The notes beneath the pieces are model-generated. The model worked only from the letters and a program-made list of their open reading frames with translations. It searched no databases and was not told the origin of the DNA. The position numbers were made by a program, and so were the translations under genes. A stretch of 24,000 nt of DNA from an uncultured Flavobacteriales bacterium (GTDB taxonomy: Bacteria > Bacteroidota > Bacteroidia > Flavobacteriales_D > Luteibaculaceae), in the NCBI GenBank assembly GCA_963977425.1, contig CAXBOO010000002.1:487761-511760 (forward strand), given 5' to 3'. Of the stretch, positions 1 through 7,458 are shown piece by piece (within the stretch, counting starts at the first letter, position 1; the number at the start of each line of letters is the position of its first letter).

Positions 1-1
1 T

Positions 2-1792
2 TGGACACAAAGCGGAACAGCCAACTCTACAACTGGAATAGTTCCTGAGTGGGAATACCGAGGCCCTAACACTACTCCAGACAACACAACCGGTTCAAGA
101 GGATCTTGTGTAGGAACACGCGGACCTATTACTTCGAATTCAGTCGATAATGGTTTCATGATCTTTGATTCTAACTATTGGGATGAGCCACTTCCAGATA
201 ATTGTGCAGGTTCGGGTACTGGACTATCGCCTAGACCTCACCAATCGGCTTTAATTTCTCCAAGCATTGATTTCAGTAATCAACCAGAAGTTCAATTGTT
301 TTTCACCACGTATTCAAGAAATTTCCAAGCAGAAATGAACATTTCTGTAATTGCAGATGGTGATACAACATTCTTAGTAGATCTATATTCATTCTTAGAA
401 CTTGGTGGTAATGCTCAAACTCTAACAGATCAGTTGGTAGGTCTTGATATTTCAGCTCTAGCTGGTGGTAAATCTGACGTTAAAATCATGTGGAATTTCG
501 AAGGAGATTACTACTTCTTTACCATGGACGATGTTTTCTTTGATGAAATTCCAGACTACGATTACAACATTGTAGAGGTTTGGAATGACGACATTACTGA
601 TTACTATGAATACTATCACTTACCGTTATCTCAAAGCCATGTAATTACACCTGGTATCAATGTTAATTCAAGAGGTACAGAACCTGTTGATTTAGAAATC
701 ATTGTTAATATAGAAGAGCCAAATGGAAACATTCAAGGACCTTTCTCTCAAATACTAACCGCTTTCCCTAAAGATAGTGCTTCTGGAGCAATCTACATCC
801 CTACGTTCAAGCCTACACAGCTTGGAGTACACACCATCACATACAAAGTAACAACGCCTAACGATGCTAATGATTTAGATACTCTAAACAATACAGCTGT
901 ACGTCGTTTTGAAATGACTGACGATTTATGGTCAGATGCATTTTCTGAATTCATCCGTTTTGCATTCTTCGCACCACAAGTTGATAATGCACCAGGAGAA
1001 AACGAAACTTTCCAAACTTTCTATACTTATGAAGATGTAATGGTTTCTGGTATTGATTTCTTAATCACCAATGACGATAGAGAACCAGACGCACAAACTT
1101 TTGAGTTTGATGAAGTAGAAGTATCTGTTTATACTGCTGATAAAGATTTACTTGCAGCATCTATTGAGGCTGGTACAGTTTTGAAAAGCGAAGTTTTTAC
1201 AAAAGAAACTTCAACATTTTTAGAGGTTGAAGAAAAACACATTGGTGACCCTGATAATTTCATCATCAACACTTTAGCTTTTGAAGATGTTATTTCTGTG
1301 GGTAAAGACAATGTATTTGCCATTTCACTTTACAACAGTGGCGGTGGTTACTTAACCATTACTAGTACTGGGCCTAACGACAATAGTGACTTATCTGGTA
1401 TTACTCGTGCTAGAGGACTTTTAGCGACACCAAGCAGCGCTACAGATGATGAATTGTTTTTCTTTTCTAATTCTAACCCTTACTTAAGAGCACATACAGC
1501 TCCCGATTTCAATTCTATTAAAGAAAGTAATAAATTGAATTCTAACTTAAGTACTGCTCCTAACCCTAGTAACAAAAGCACCAATATCTCTTTTACATTA
1601 AGAGCTTCAAATACAGCTACTATTACGGTTAAAGATTTGCTTGGAAAAGAAGTATACACGACTACCGAAAACTTCAGTACTGGACGCAACAATGTTGAAT
1701 TGAATACAGAAGTTCTACAAAATGGAATTTATTTCTACTCTGTTTCTGTGAATGGTAAAACTGATACTAAAAAATTGGTTGTACAACACTAA
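2..1792 (+). CDS. Secreted protein with C-terminal T9SS type A sorting domain (Por_Secre_tail); 5' end truncated by window edge
   Basis: The frame is open from nt 2 (WTQSGTANSTTGIVPEWEYRGPN...NGF runs without a stop into the listed Met158 MIFDSNYWD). Met158 has no signal peptide, so the true start lies upstream of the window. The last ~75 aa (NPSNKSTNISFTL..ITVKDLLGKEVY..LQNGIYFYSVSVNGKTDTKKLVVQH) fit the T9SS CTD pattern (PNP.., ..D..GK.V, L..G.Y.., K.V). Confidence 0.85.
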   Translation, partial: WTQSGTANSTTGIVPEWEYRGPNTTPDNTTGSRGSCVGTRGPITSNSVDNGFMIFDSNYWDEPLPDNCAGSGTGLSPRPHQSALISPSIDFSNQPEVQLFFTTYSRNFQAEMNISVIADGDTTFLVDLYSFLELGGNAQTLTDQLVGLDISALAGGKSDVKIMWNFEGDYYFFTMDDVFFDEIPDYDYNIVEVWNDDITDYYEYYHLPLSQSHVITPGINVNSRGTEPVDLEIIVNIEEPNGNIQGPFSQILTAFPKDSASGAIYIPTFKPTQLGVHTITYKVTTPNDANDLDTLNNTAVRRFEMTDDLWSDAFSEFIRFAFFAPQVDNAPGENETFQTFYTYEDVMVSGIDFLITNDDREPDAQTFEFDEVEVSVYTADKDLLAASIEAGTVLKSEVFTKETSTFLEVEEKHIGDPDNFIINTLAFEDVISVGKDNVFAISLYNSGGGYLTITSTGPNDNSDLSGITRARGLLATPSSATDDELFFFSNSNPYLRAHTAPDFNSIKESNKLNSNLSTAPNPSNKSTNISFTLRASNTATITVKDLLGKEVYTTTENFSTGRNNVELNTEVLQNGIYFYSVSVNGKTDTKKLVVQH

Positions 1793-1812
1793 TAACCAAA
1801 ACACATACTAAT

Positions 1813-1841
1813 AAAAAAAGCCCCAAATTGGGGCTTTTTTT
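1813..1841. terminator. Bidirectional rho-independent terminator between convergent genes
   Basis: A7-GCCCCA-aat-TGGGGC-T7, with stem 1820-1825 / 1829-1834. The T-tract overlaps the minus-strand TAA stop (1840-1842) of the ABC ATPase gene. Confidence 0.75.
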
Positions 1842-2595
1842 ATTGAAGACTACTTCTTATTTTTTTGAAAAACTTAGAAGCATAAACAAAATCATTTAGG
1901 ATTTTATTGTCGCTTTTTAAAATTGATTTTCTATCACCATGCCAACAATTTTCACCTTCATGAAGAAAGTATATGTTGTCCCCAATTTCTAAAACAGAAT
2001 TCATATCATGAGTAATCACGATTGTTGTGATATTGAATTCATCGGTTAATTCTTGAATCAAATTATCGATGAGTATAGAAGTTTGTGGATCGAGCCCAGA
2101 ATTTGGTTCATCGCAAAACAAGTATTCGGGTTCTGCTGAAATCGCTCTAGCAATAGCTACACGCTTTTGCATGCCTCCAGATAATTCAGCAGGGTACAAA
2201 TCATCTTTCCCAATAATATTCACTCTGTCCAAACAAAATTTAGCTCTTTCAAGCCTTTCGTTTTTGGTCATTTTAGTGAACATCTCCAAGGGAAACATTA
2301 CATTTTCTAAAACGGTTTTGGAATCGAATAAAGCAGAGCCTTGAAACAACATTCCAATAGATTTTCTAATTTCTCTTTTTCCGTCTTCATCCAACTGATG
2401 AAAATCTTTCCCGTCATAAAAAACATTACCAGAGTCAGGTTCGTGAATACCAACAATACATTTTGTCAATACACTTTTACCTGATCCACTCTTTCCGATA
2501 ATTAGATTGGTTTTACCTTTTTCGAAAGAAACATTTACGCCCTTTAATACTTGAGCATCGCCAAAACTTTTGAATAGATTTTTAATCTCTATCAT
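1840..2595 (-). CDS. ABC transporter ATP-binding protein, MlaF/Ttg2A-like
   Basis: Walker A GKSGSGKS, Q-loop LFQGSALF, ABC signature LSGGMQKRVAIARA, Walker B YLFCDEPNSGLD, H-loop VITHDM. Its ATG overlaps the stop of the upstream permease gene (ATGA, 2592-2595). Confidence 0.9.
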   Translation of the reverse strand: MIEIKNLFKSFGDAQVLKGVNVSFEKGKTNLIIGKSGSGKSVLTKCIVGIHEPDSGNVFYDGKDFHQLDEDGKREIRKSIGMLFQGSALFDSKTVLENVMFPLEMFTKMTKNERLERAKFCLDRVNIIGKDDLYPAELSGGMQKRVAIARAISAEPEYLFCDEPNSGLDPQTSILIDNLIQELTDEFNITTIVITHDMNSVLEIGDNIYFLHEGENCWHGDRKSILKSDNKILNDFVYASKFFKKIRSSLQ

Positions 2596-3335
2596 ATCAA
2601 TAAAAGTTGTGTGATAATGTAATTCAATATCAAGATTACTATACTACTATATACTACGGCCTTTGTACTACTCGCTCCAACTTCAAGAGCGCCACCTCTT
2701 GTGTAAAACCCTTGATAAGAAGAAATAGATGTGATAACGATGGCAAAAATCACAGTTTTAATAAGTGCATATACAACTGAGAAAACCTTAAAATCAAATG
2801 TTATTCCATAAACATAGTCGCTTGTGGTCAAAAAACCACCAGTTACGACTGCAACCCAACCACCTAAAACACCTAAGGCCATACTGATGATGATGAGAAA
2901 TGGGTTGATAAAAACTGCAGCAATAACTTTAGGTAAAATCAAATATCCAGCAGAGTTCACCCCCATAATTTCAAGGGCATCAATTTGCTCGGTCACCCGC
3001 ATTGTACCAATTTCACTAGCAATATTACTACCTACTTTACCAGCCAAAATAAGCGCTATAATTGTAGGACTAAATTCTAAAATCACACTTTGTCTAACTG
3101 CATACCCTACTGTATACGCCGGAATCAAAGGGCTATCGATATTAGATGCTGTTTGAAGACTAATAACCGCCCCCATAAAAATGGAGAGTAAGGCAACAAT
3201 CCCTAATGAATTGATACCGATAATCTCAATTTCTTCAACGATTCTCTTTCGCAAGATTCGGCCATTCTCTGGTCTTCGGAAAGACATCGAAAGAAGGACA
3301 AAATACCGTCCAATATGTTCGACTAATTTTACCAT
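2592..3335 (-). CDS. MlaE-family ABC transporter permease
   Basis: Multi-pass membrane protein with the MlaE-type core (..EIGTMRVTEQIDALEIMGVNS..). The ORF track starts it at 3374 (MIHFTKV..). I prefer Met14 (MVKLVEHIGRYF.., ATG 3335-3333) because a TACTTTTG -7 box sits at 3379-3372, inside the longer version. The start is uncertain (3335 vs 3374). Confidence 0.85.
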   Translation of the reverse strand: MVKLVEHIGRYFVLLSMSFRRPENGRILRKRIVEEIEIIGINSLGIVALLSIFMGAVISLQTASNIDSPLIPAYTVGYAVRQSVILEFSPTIIALILAGKVGSNIASEIGTMRVTEQIDALEIMGVNSAGYLILPKVIAAVFINPFLIIISMALGVLGGWVAVVTGGFLTTSDYVYGITFDFKVFSVVYALIKTVIFAIVITSISSYQGFYTRGGALEVGASSTKAVVYSSIVILILNYIITQLLLI

Positions 3336-3353
3336 AGTACTCCGTATACTTAA

Positions 3354-3361
3354 TACCTTTG
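3354..3361 (+). promoter_or_regulatory. Candidate Bacteroidota -7 box (TAnnTTTG) for the small-ORF/aminotransferase/manC unit
   Basis: The plus strand reads TACCTTTG, back-to-back with the divergent minus-strand box. Motif match only. It lies very close to the GTG 3366 candidate start, which leaves the small ORF's start ambiguous. Confidence 0.3.
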
Positions 3362-3365
3362 TGAA

Positions 3366-3518
3366 GTGAATCAAAAGTACACATATAAATTGGCGCTCGT
3401 AGCATTGCTATCTGTAACTATGTTAGCATGCTCAAGTCGACGAAAAAAGAGAAAATGTGATTGTCCGCATTTCTCACAAAAAATAGAACAATCAACTTTT
3501 ACCAATAATACAATATGA
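3366..3518 (+). CDS. Small putative lipoprotein (~50 aa; start codon uncertain: GTG 3366, TTG 3390 or ATG 3420)
   Basis: Not in the ORF track. The in-frame translation is (M)NQKYTYKLALVALLSVTMLA|CSSRRKKRKCDCPHFSQKIEQSTFTNNTI: a signal-peptide-like n- and h-region ending in LAC, then a basic Cys-containing tail. Its TGA stop (3516-3518) overlaps the aminotransferase ATG (3515-3517). Confidence 0.5.
   Translation: MNQKYTYKLALVALLSVTMLACSSRRKKRKCDCPHFSQKIEQSTFTNNTI
3372..3379 (-). promoter_or_regulatory. Candidate Bacteroidota -7 box (TAnnTTTG) for the mlaE/mlaF-like operon
   Basis: The minus strand reads TACTTTTG, 37 nt upstream of the preferred ATG at 3335. Motif match only. Confidence 0.35.
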
Positions 3519-4771
3519 AGGTTTCAGAAATGGCCGAAGGCCTTGTAGGGTCGGAAATAATAAAATTAGCAGGAGAAATAAAAGCCTTAGAAGCTGAAGG
3601 GCAAAGCATTTACAACTTTACCATTGGTGATTTTGACGCTAACATTTTCCCTTTACCTAAAGCCTATAAGCAAGCTATTACAGATGCTTATAACGACAAT
3701 CAAACTAATTATCCTCCAGCCAATGGAATGTTACCATTGAGAAAAGCTGCAGCAAAATTCACTAAAAAAACATGTGATTTAGACTACACGGCAGATGAAT
3801 TCTTAGTAGCTGGAGGAAGCAGACCATTAATTTTTGCAACCTACTCTGCTTTAGTTGATCCGAATGACAAAGTATTATTTCCTGTCCCTAGTTGGAACAA
3901 CAACCACTACACGCACCTTCACAGAGCCAATTCTATACTGATAGAAACTAAGCCTGAGAATAATTTCATGCCCAGTTTAGAAGATTTGGCTCCACATCTT
4001 TCTTCTAGCTCTTTATTGGCACTATGTTCTCCATTAAACCCAACAGGTACTGTGTTTTCTGAAGAGCAATTACGTCCAATATGCGAAGCTGTACTAGTAG
4101 AAAATAAAAAAAGAGAAGCGAGCAACGAAAAACCACTTTACATTTTATTCGATCAAATTTACCAAGCGTTGTGTCATGATGCTTCGCACATTGATCCTAT
4201 ATCATTGGTTCCTGAACTTCGACCTTATTGTGTTTATATCGATGGTCTAAGTAAAGCATTTGCTGCGACTGGAGTGCGTGTAGGTTATGCTTTTGGCCCC
4301 CAGCCTATCATCAACAAAATGAAAGCCATATTAGGGCACGTAGGTGCTTGGGCACCAAAAGCTGAACAGGTTGCTTCAGCTAATTTTCTTAATCAAGAAA
4401 ATGAAGTGGATGAATTCCTAACCGATTTTAAGCAACAAATCTATTTACGACTTAATAAACTGCATGAAGGTTTTTCATCTTTAAAAAATGAAGGCTTTCC
4501 TGTTGATTCAATCAAACCACAAGCGGCAATATATTTAACCGTGAAATTGGATTTATTAGATTCAGTTACAGGTAAAAACAATGGCCTTAAATCAATTGCT
4601 GATGTATGTGCCCATCTTTTGAAGGAAGCAAAATTGGCTATCGTACCATTTAAAGCCTTTGGTGCTAGCGAAACTTCTCCATGGTTTAGAATTAGCGTCG
4701 GGACTTGTAAAGTAGACGAATTGGATGATGTACTAACTGGTTTGAAAACCGTCTTATCAAAATTGAAATGA
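3515..4771 (+). CDS. PLP-dependent aminotransferase, class I/II (aspartate/aromatic aminotransferase-like)
   Basis: Fold-type I motifs: SPLNPTG, FDQIYQ, and the PLP-lysine motif SKAFAATGVRVGY. The stop overlaps the next ATG (ATGA 4768-4771). Confidence 0.9.
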   Translation: MKVSEMAEGLVGSEIIKLAGEIKALEAEGQSIYNFTIGDFDANIFPLPKAYKQAITDAYNDNQTNYPPANGMLPLRKAAAKFTKKTCDLDYTADEFLVAGGSRPLIFATYSALVDPNDKVLFPVPSWNNNHYTHLHRANSILIETKPENNFMPSLEDLAPHLSSSSLLALCSPLNPTGTVFSEEQLRPICEAVLVENKKREASNEKPLYILFDQIYQALCHDASHIDPISLVPELRPYCVYIDGLSKAFAATGVRVGYAFGPQPIINKMKAILGHVGAWAPKAEQVASANFLNQENEVDEFLTDFKQQIYLRLNKLHEGFSSLKNEGFPVDSIKPQAAIYLTVKLDLLDSVTGKNNGLKSIADVCAHLLKEAKLAIVPFKAFGASETSPWFRISVGTCKVDELDDVLTGLKTVLSKLK

Positions 4772-5814
4772 GTAAAATATACAGTGTAATTATGGCCGGT
4801 GGTATTGGCAGCAGATTTTGGCCAATGAGTACCGAAGCTAAACCAAAACAATTTCATGATGTACTTGGTACTGGTAAAAGTCTACTTCAAAGTACCGTAG
4901 ATAGATTGTTGAATTTATCTACCATCAATGAAGTTTTAATCGTTACCAGCAGTGATTATAAATCACTAATTATGGAACAACTACCCAACCTACCAGCTGA
5001 AAACATCCTTTGTGAACCTGCGCGTAAAAACACGGCACCTTGCATAGCTTATGCAGCAAAGTTTATAGCAGAAAGAGATACTGACGCTAAAATGATTGTC
5101 GCTCCAGCTGATCATATCATATTGAATGAAAATGAATTTGTAACTACAGTAAAACTTGCATTAGAACAAGCTGATGATTCTACCTTAATAACTTTAGGAA
5201 TTCAGCCATCGAGACCAGATACAGGTTATGGCTACATACAATACAAAAAAAGTGAATCGGATAAAACCCGAGACATTAGAGAGGTTATTCAATTTGCAGA
5301 GAAGCCAAATCTTGATAAAGCTAAAGCATTCATTCAAAGTGGAGATTACCTTTGGAATTCAGGCATTTTCGTTTGGTCTGTAGATTCAATTCTAAATCAT
5401 TTCAAAACGTTATTGCCAAACATATCTACCTTATTTGAATCAACTAAAGATGTTGCAAATGATATCGATAGCATTTATCAAAACTGTGAATCTATCTCAG
5501 TTGATTATGGAATAATGGAGAAAGCAAAAAATGTAAAAGTTATTTTATCCGACTTTGCATGGAGCGACTTAGGAACTTGGGGATCATTATACACTCATAT
5601 ACCGCACGACAAGCAATCCAACGCTGTAATTGGAGATATGGTTCATCATAATGATTGTAGCGAATCTATCATCAAACAAATGAACCCAAACAAAGCGACC
5701 ATCATTAAAGGACTAACTAATTTTATAGTTGTCGACACCCAAGATTCTCTACTCATCTGCCCAAAAGCAGAAGAGCAAGAGATCAAAACGATGTTAAAGA
5801 ACAGTGGCTTTTAA
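4768..5814 (+). CDS. manC: Mannose-1-phosphate guanylyltransferase (nucleotidyltransferase domain only)
   Basis: N-terminal MAGGIGSRFWPMS matches the GGxGxRLWPLS nucleotidyl-transferase signature. Its ~350 aa length is typical of the Bacteroidota stand-alone ManC type. Confidence 0.8.
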   Translation: MSKIYSVIMAGGIGSRFWPMSTEAKPKQFHDVLGTGKSLLQSTVDRLLNLSTINEVLIVTSSDYKSLIMEQLPNLPAENILCEPARKNTAPCIAYAAKFIAERDTDAKMIVAPADHIILNENEFVTTVKLALEQADDSTLITLGIQPSRPDTGYGYIQYKKSESDKTRDIREVIQFAEKPNLDKAKAFIQSGDYLWNSGIFVWSVDSILNHFKTLLPNISTLFESTKDVANDIDSIYQNCESISVDYGIMEKAKNVKVILSDFAWSDLGTWGSLYTHIPHDKQSNAVIGDMVHHNDCSESIIKQMNPNKATIIKGLTNFIVVDTQDSLLICPKAEEQEIKTMLKNSGF

Positions 5815-5823
5815 GCCGCTGTT
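5800..5823 (+). terminator. Hairpin spanning both stop codons of two convergent genes (probable terminator)
   Basis: AACAGTGGC-ttttaa-GCCGCTGTT: a 9-bp stem with one G.U pair on the plus-strand transcript, followed by TATTT. It contains the manC TAA (5812-5814) and touches the minus-strand TAA (5823-5825). Confidence 0.45.
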
Positions 5824-6467
5824 TATTTACTAAATGCGCCACCATTAAGAAAAACAGTAAAACCAGCATTAAAATTAATGCCTGATACCATATCGGTTTT
5901 ACCATCAAAGGTAGAACTGCGTTGGAAGTAATTAAGATTCCCTTCTAAAGCAATATTTTCATTCACAAAATATTGACCACCTAAGCCTGCATTGAATTGG
6001 AATATTCCAACTGATGATTCACTAGCATCGCTTTTAATGTTGTTGCTACCAGCTAAAATTTCAGCATTGATGTACATCCCAGAACGCTCACCATTTTGCA
6101 AATAATAGCGCAGAAAAGGACCTGCGACAATTGAACTCGCATTCACCTTATTTTCATCAATCTTAATTCCTGTAGAGTCGTCTCTATTAATGAATGTTTC
6201 ACGGGTATAGTTGTATAAAACACTAAGACCTGCACCGAGGTTATCCGTTAGCATTATACCAGCCTTGGGGCTTAAATCTAAAGACAACACATTAGAAATT
6301 TCTTTGCGTTCTGAAGTAGCGCCATTGTCTATCTCACTTAAAGTTTTTCCTGAGTTAACAGAGAATGAAGTGTTTGCTGATACAAACAACAAATCTTTCT
6401 TTATTATTTGTGCGCTAGATGAAAAGGCAAAAAATAATCCGAAGGCAATAAAAAGGGTATTACGCAT
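5823..6467 (-). CDS. Outer-membrane beta-barrel (porin-family/OmpW-like) protein
   Basis: Signal peptide MRNTLFIAFGLFFAFSSSAQ. The rest shows the alternating hydrophobic/Gly-Asn-rich strands typical of small 8-10-strand OM barrels (..GAGLSVLYNY.., ..FNAGLGGQYFV.., ..INFNAGFTVFL). Confidence 0.75.
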   Translation of the reverse strand: MRNTLFIAFGLFFAFSSSAQIIKKDLLFVSANTSFSVNSGKTLSEIDNGATSERKEISNVLSLDLSPKAGIMLTDNLGAGLSVLYNYTRETFINRDDSTGIKIDENKVNASSIVAGPFLRYYLQNGERSGMYINAEILAGSNNIKSDASESSVGIFQFNAGLGGQYFVNENIALEGNLNYFQRSSTFDGKTDMVSGINFNAGFTVFLNGGAFSK

Positions 6468-6483
6468 AGCTTTGTGTATTGAA

Positions 6484-6491
6484 CAAAAATA
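6484..6491 (-). promoter_or_regulatory. Candidate Bacteroidota -7 box for the OM beta-barrel gene
   Basis: The minus strand reads TATTTTTG (TAnnTTTG), 17 nt upstream of the ATG at 6467. Confidence 0.4.
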
Positions 6492-6521
6492 AAAAAGCCC
6501 ACGTATTACGCAGGCTTTTTT
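6491..6521. terminator. Weak hairpin flanked by A6/T6, probable terminator of the gldN transcript
   Basis: AAAAAAGCC-ca-CGT-att-ACG-ca-GGCTTTTTT: a 4-bp plus 3-bp stem with an internal loop. It lies 19 nt downstream of the gldN stop (minus strand). Confidence 0.4.
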
Positions 6522-6539
6522 GAATATATGTTGGAATTA

Positions 6540-7457
6540 TTAGTAACTCCACAAATCGTGTTCGAATAGATTGATTTCATCTTTAATCTTTTCACCTTCA
6601 ATTAAGGTTTCATAAGGATCTTTCTTATAATCATCAATTTCTCTATCGTAAACGTTTTGTTCTTTTACGATATGTGACGAGAATTTTCTTTTAATGAAGA
6701 TGTCATCAAAAGTCAATCTTTGAGTTTTGTTTCCTTTGTTAAACGCCTCATAATTTACAAGTACATGACGCAATTCAGGGAAATAGAACCAAGCAGACCC
6801 TACTCTAAATTTATTTTGTTTCTCACCTTTATCTAAATAAGAAAACAATGGTTGAAGGCCTAAAATCTTAACTCTTAATTGTGAGTGTTGTTTATCGAAA
6901 TACCAATCTTCTTTCAATCTATAAGCTACTACTTCACTTGTTTGGAATGGTTGATAAACTTCAACAATTTCCTCCGTAGGCTCATTGGTAATAGGATCAA
7001 TTGCATAATCCTTATACGTATACCCGAAAAGGTTTGTATCAGTAAAACCGGCTCCAATCGGAATAGTGAATTCATCATCCGGTTGTGTAGAAGGCAATTT
7101 AAATTTGTGGAATGGTTGAATCAAACCTTCTTGGTATGAAAGTTTGATAATTTCAATTAACGATTTACGGTCTTGAATAGGTTCGATAGGATAGTATAAA
7201 GGAAGATTGATTTTTTCCTTCAATTCAATTTCTCTCCAAACTCTTTTTGACCACATAACATCAGCCTCTCTGATTGGTGGATAATCTACCACCAAGCGTT
7301 GTTGAAAGTTTCTGATACTATCAATATCGTATGAATTATCGTAATCCAAAAAAGAATCACGGTATATTTCCTTTTTTTGCTCAGGGCTTAATACTTGTGC
7401 TACTGCAGAGCCAGCAACGAACAAGCAACCAATAGATAAAATTTTGGATAGTTTCAT
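6540..7457 (-). CDS. gldN: Gliding motility / T9SS periplasmic ring protein GldN (PorN)
   Basis: Signal peptide MKLSKILSIGCLFVAGSAVAQ. The ATG lies 1 nt after the gldM stop, the last position of the conserved gldKLMN order, and the size fits the family. The call rests mainly on synteny and general sequence character. Confidence 0.85.
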   Translation of the reverse strand: MKLSKILSIGCLFVAGSAVAQVLSPEQKKEIYRDSFLDYDNSYDIDSIRNFQQRLVVDYPPIREADVMWSKRVWREIELKEKINLPLYYPIEPIQDRKSLIEIIKLSYQEGLIQPFHKFKLPSTQPDDEFTIPIGAGFTDTNLFGYTYKDYAIDPITNEPTEEIVEVYQPFQTSEVVAYRLKEDWYFDKQHSQLRVKILGLQPLFSYLDKGEKQNKFRVGSAWFYFPELRHVLVNYEAFNKGNKTQRLTFDDIFIKRKFSSHIVKEQNVYDREIDDYKKDPYETLIEGEKIKDEINLFEHDLWSY

Positions 7458-7458
7458 A

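Noticed and set aside
1840-3374. MlaE/MlaF-like pair without an adjacent MlaD (MCE) substrate-binding gene, as a possible incomplete system
   Set aside because: The gene downstream of mlaF is convergent, so the operon really has two genes. As far as I recall, stand-alone permease/ATPase pairs with the MCE component encoded elsewhere are common in Bacteroidota, and absence within a 24-kb window is not evidence of absence.
3391-3408. TGGCGC...TTGC, a second sigma-54-like motif in the mlaE/aminotransferase divergent region
   Set aside because: The GG-to-GC spacing is 15 nt instead of the required 12, so it does not fit the -24/-12 geometry.
3400-3432. Two near-identical palindromes, TAGCATTGCTA (3400-3410) and AGCATGCT (3425-3432), 24-25 bp apart, as a possible operator
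   Set aside because: Both fall inside the putative signal-peptide coding region of the small ORF (V-A-L-L and L-A-C-S codons), which explains them by repeated Leu/Ala codon usage. They would regain interest only if the small ORF proves non-coding.
4441-4857. 138-aa minus-strand ORF
   Set aside because: It is antisense to the aminotransferase/manC junction and has no recognisable motifs. The sense-strand genes are well supported.
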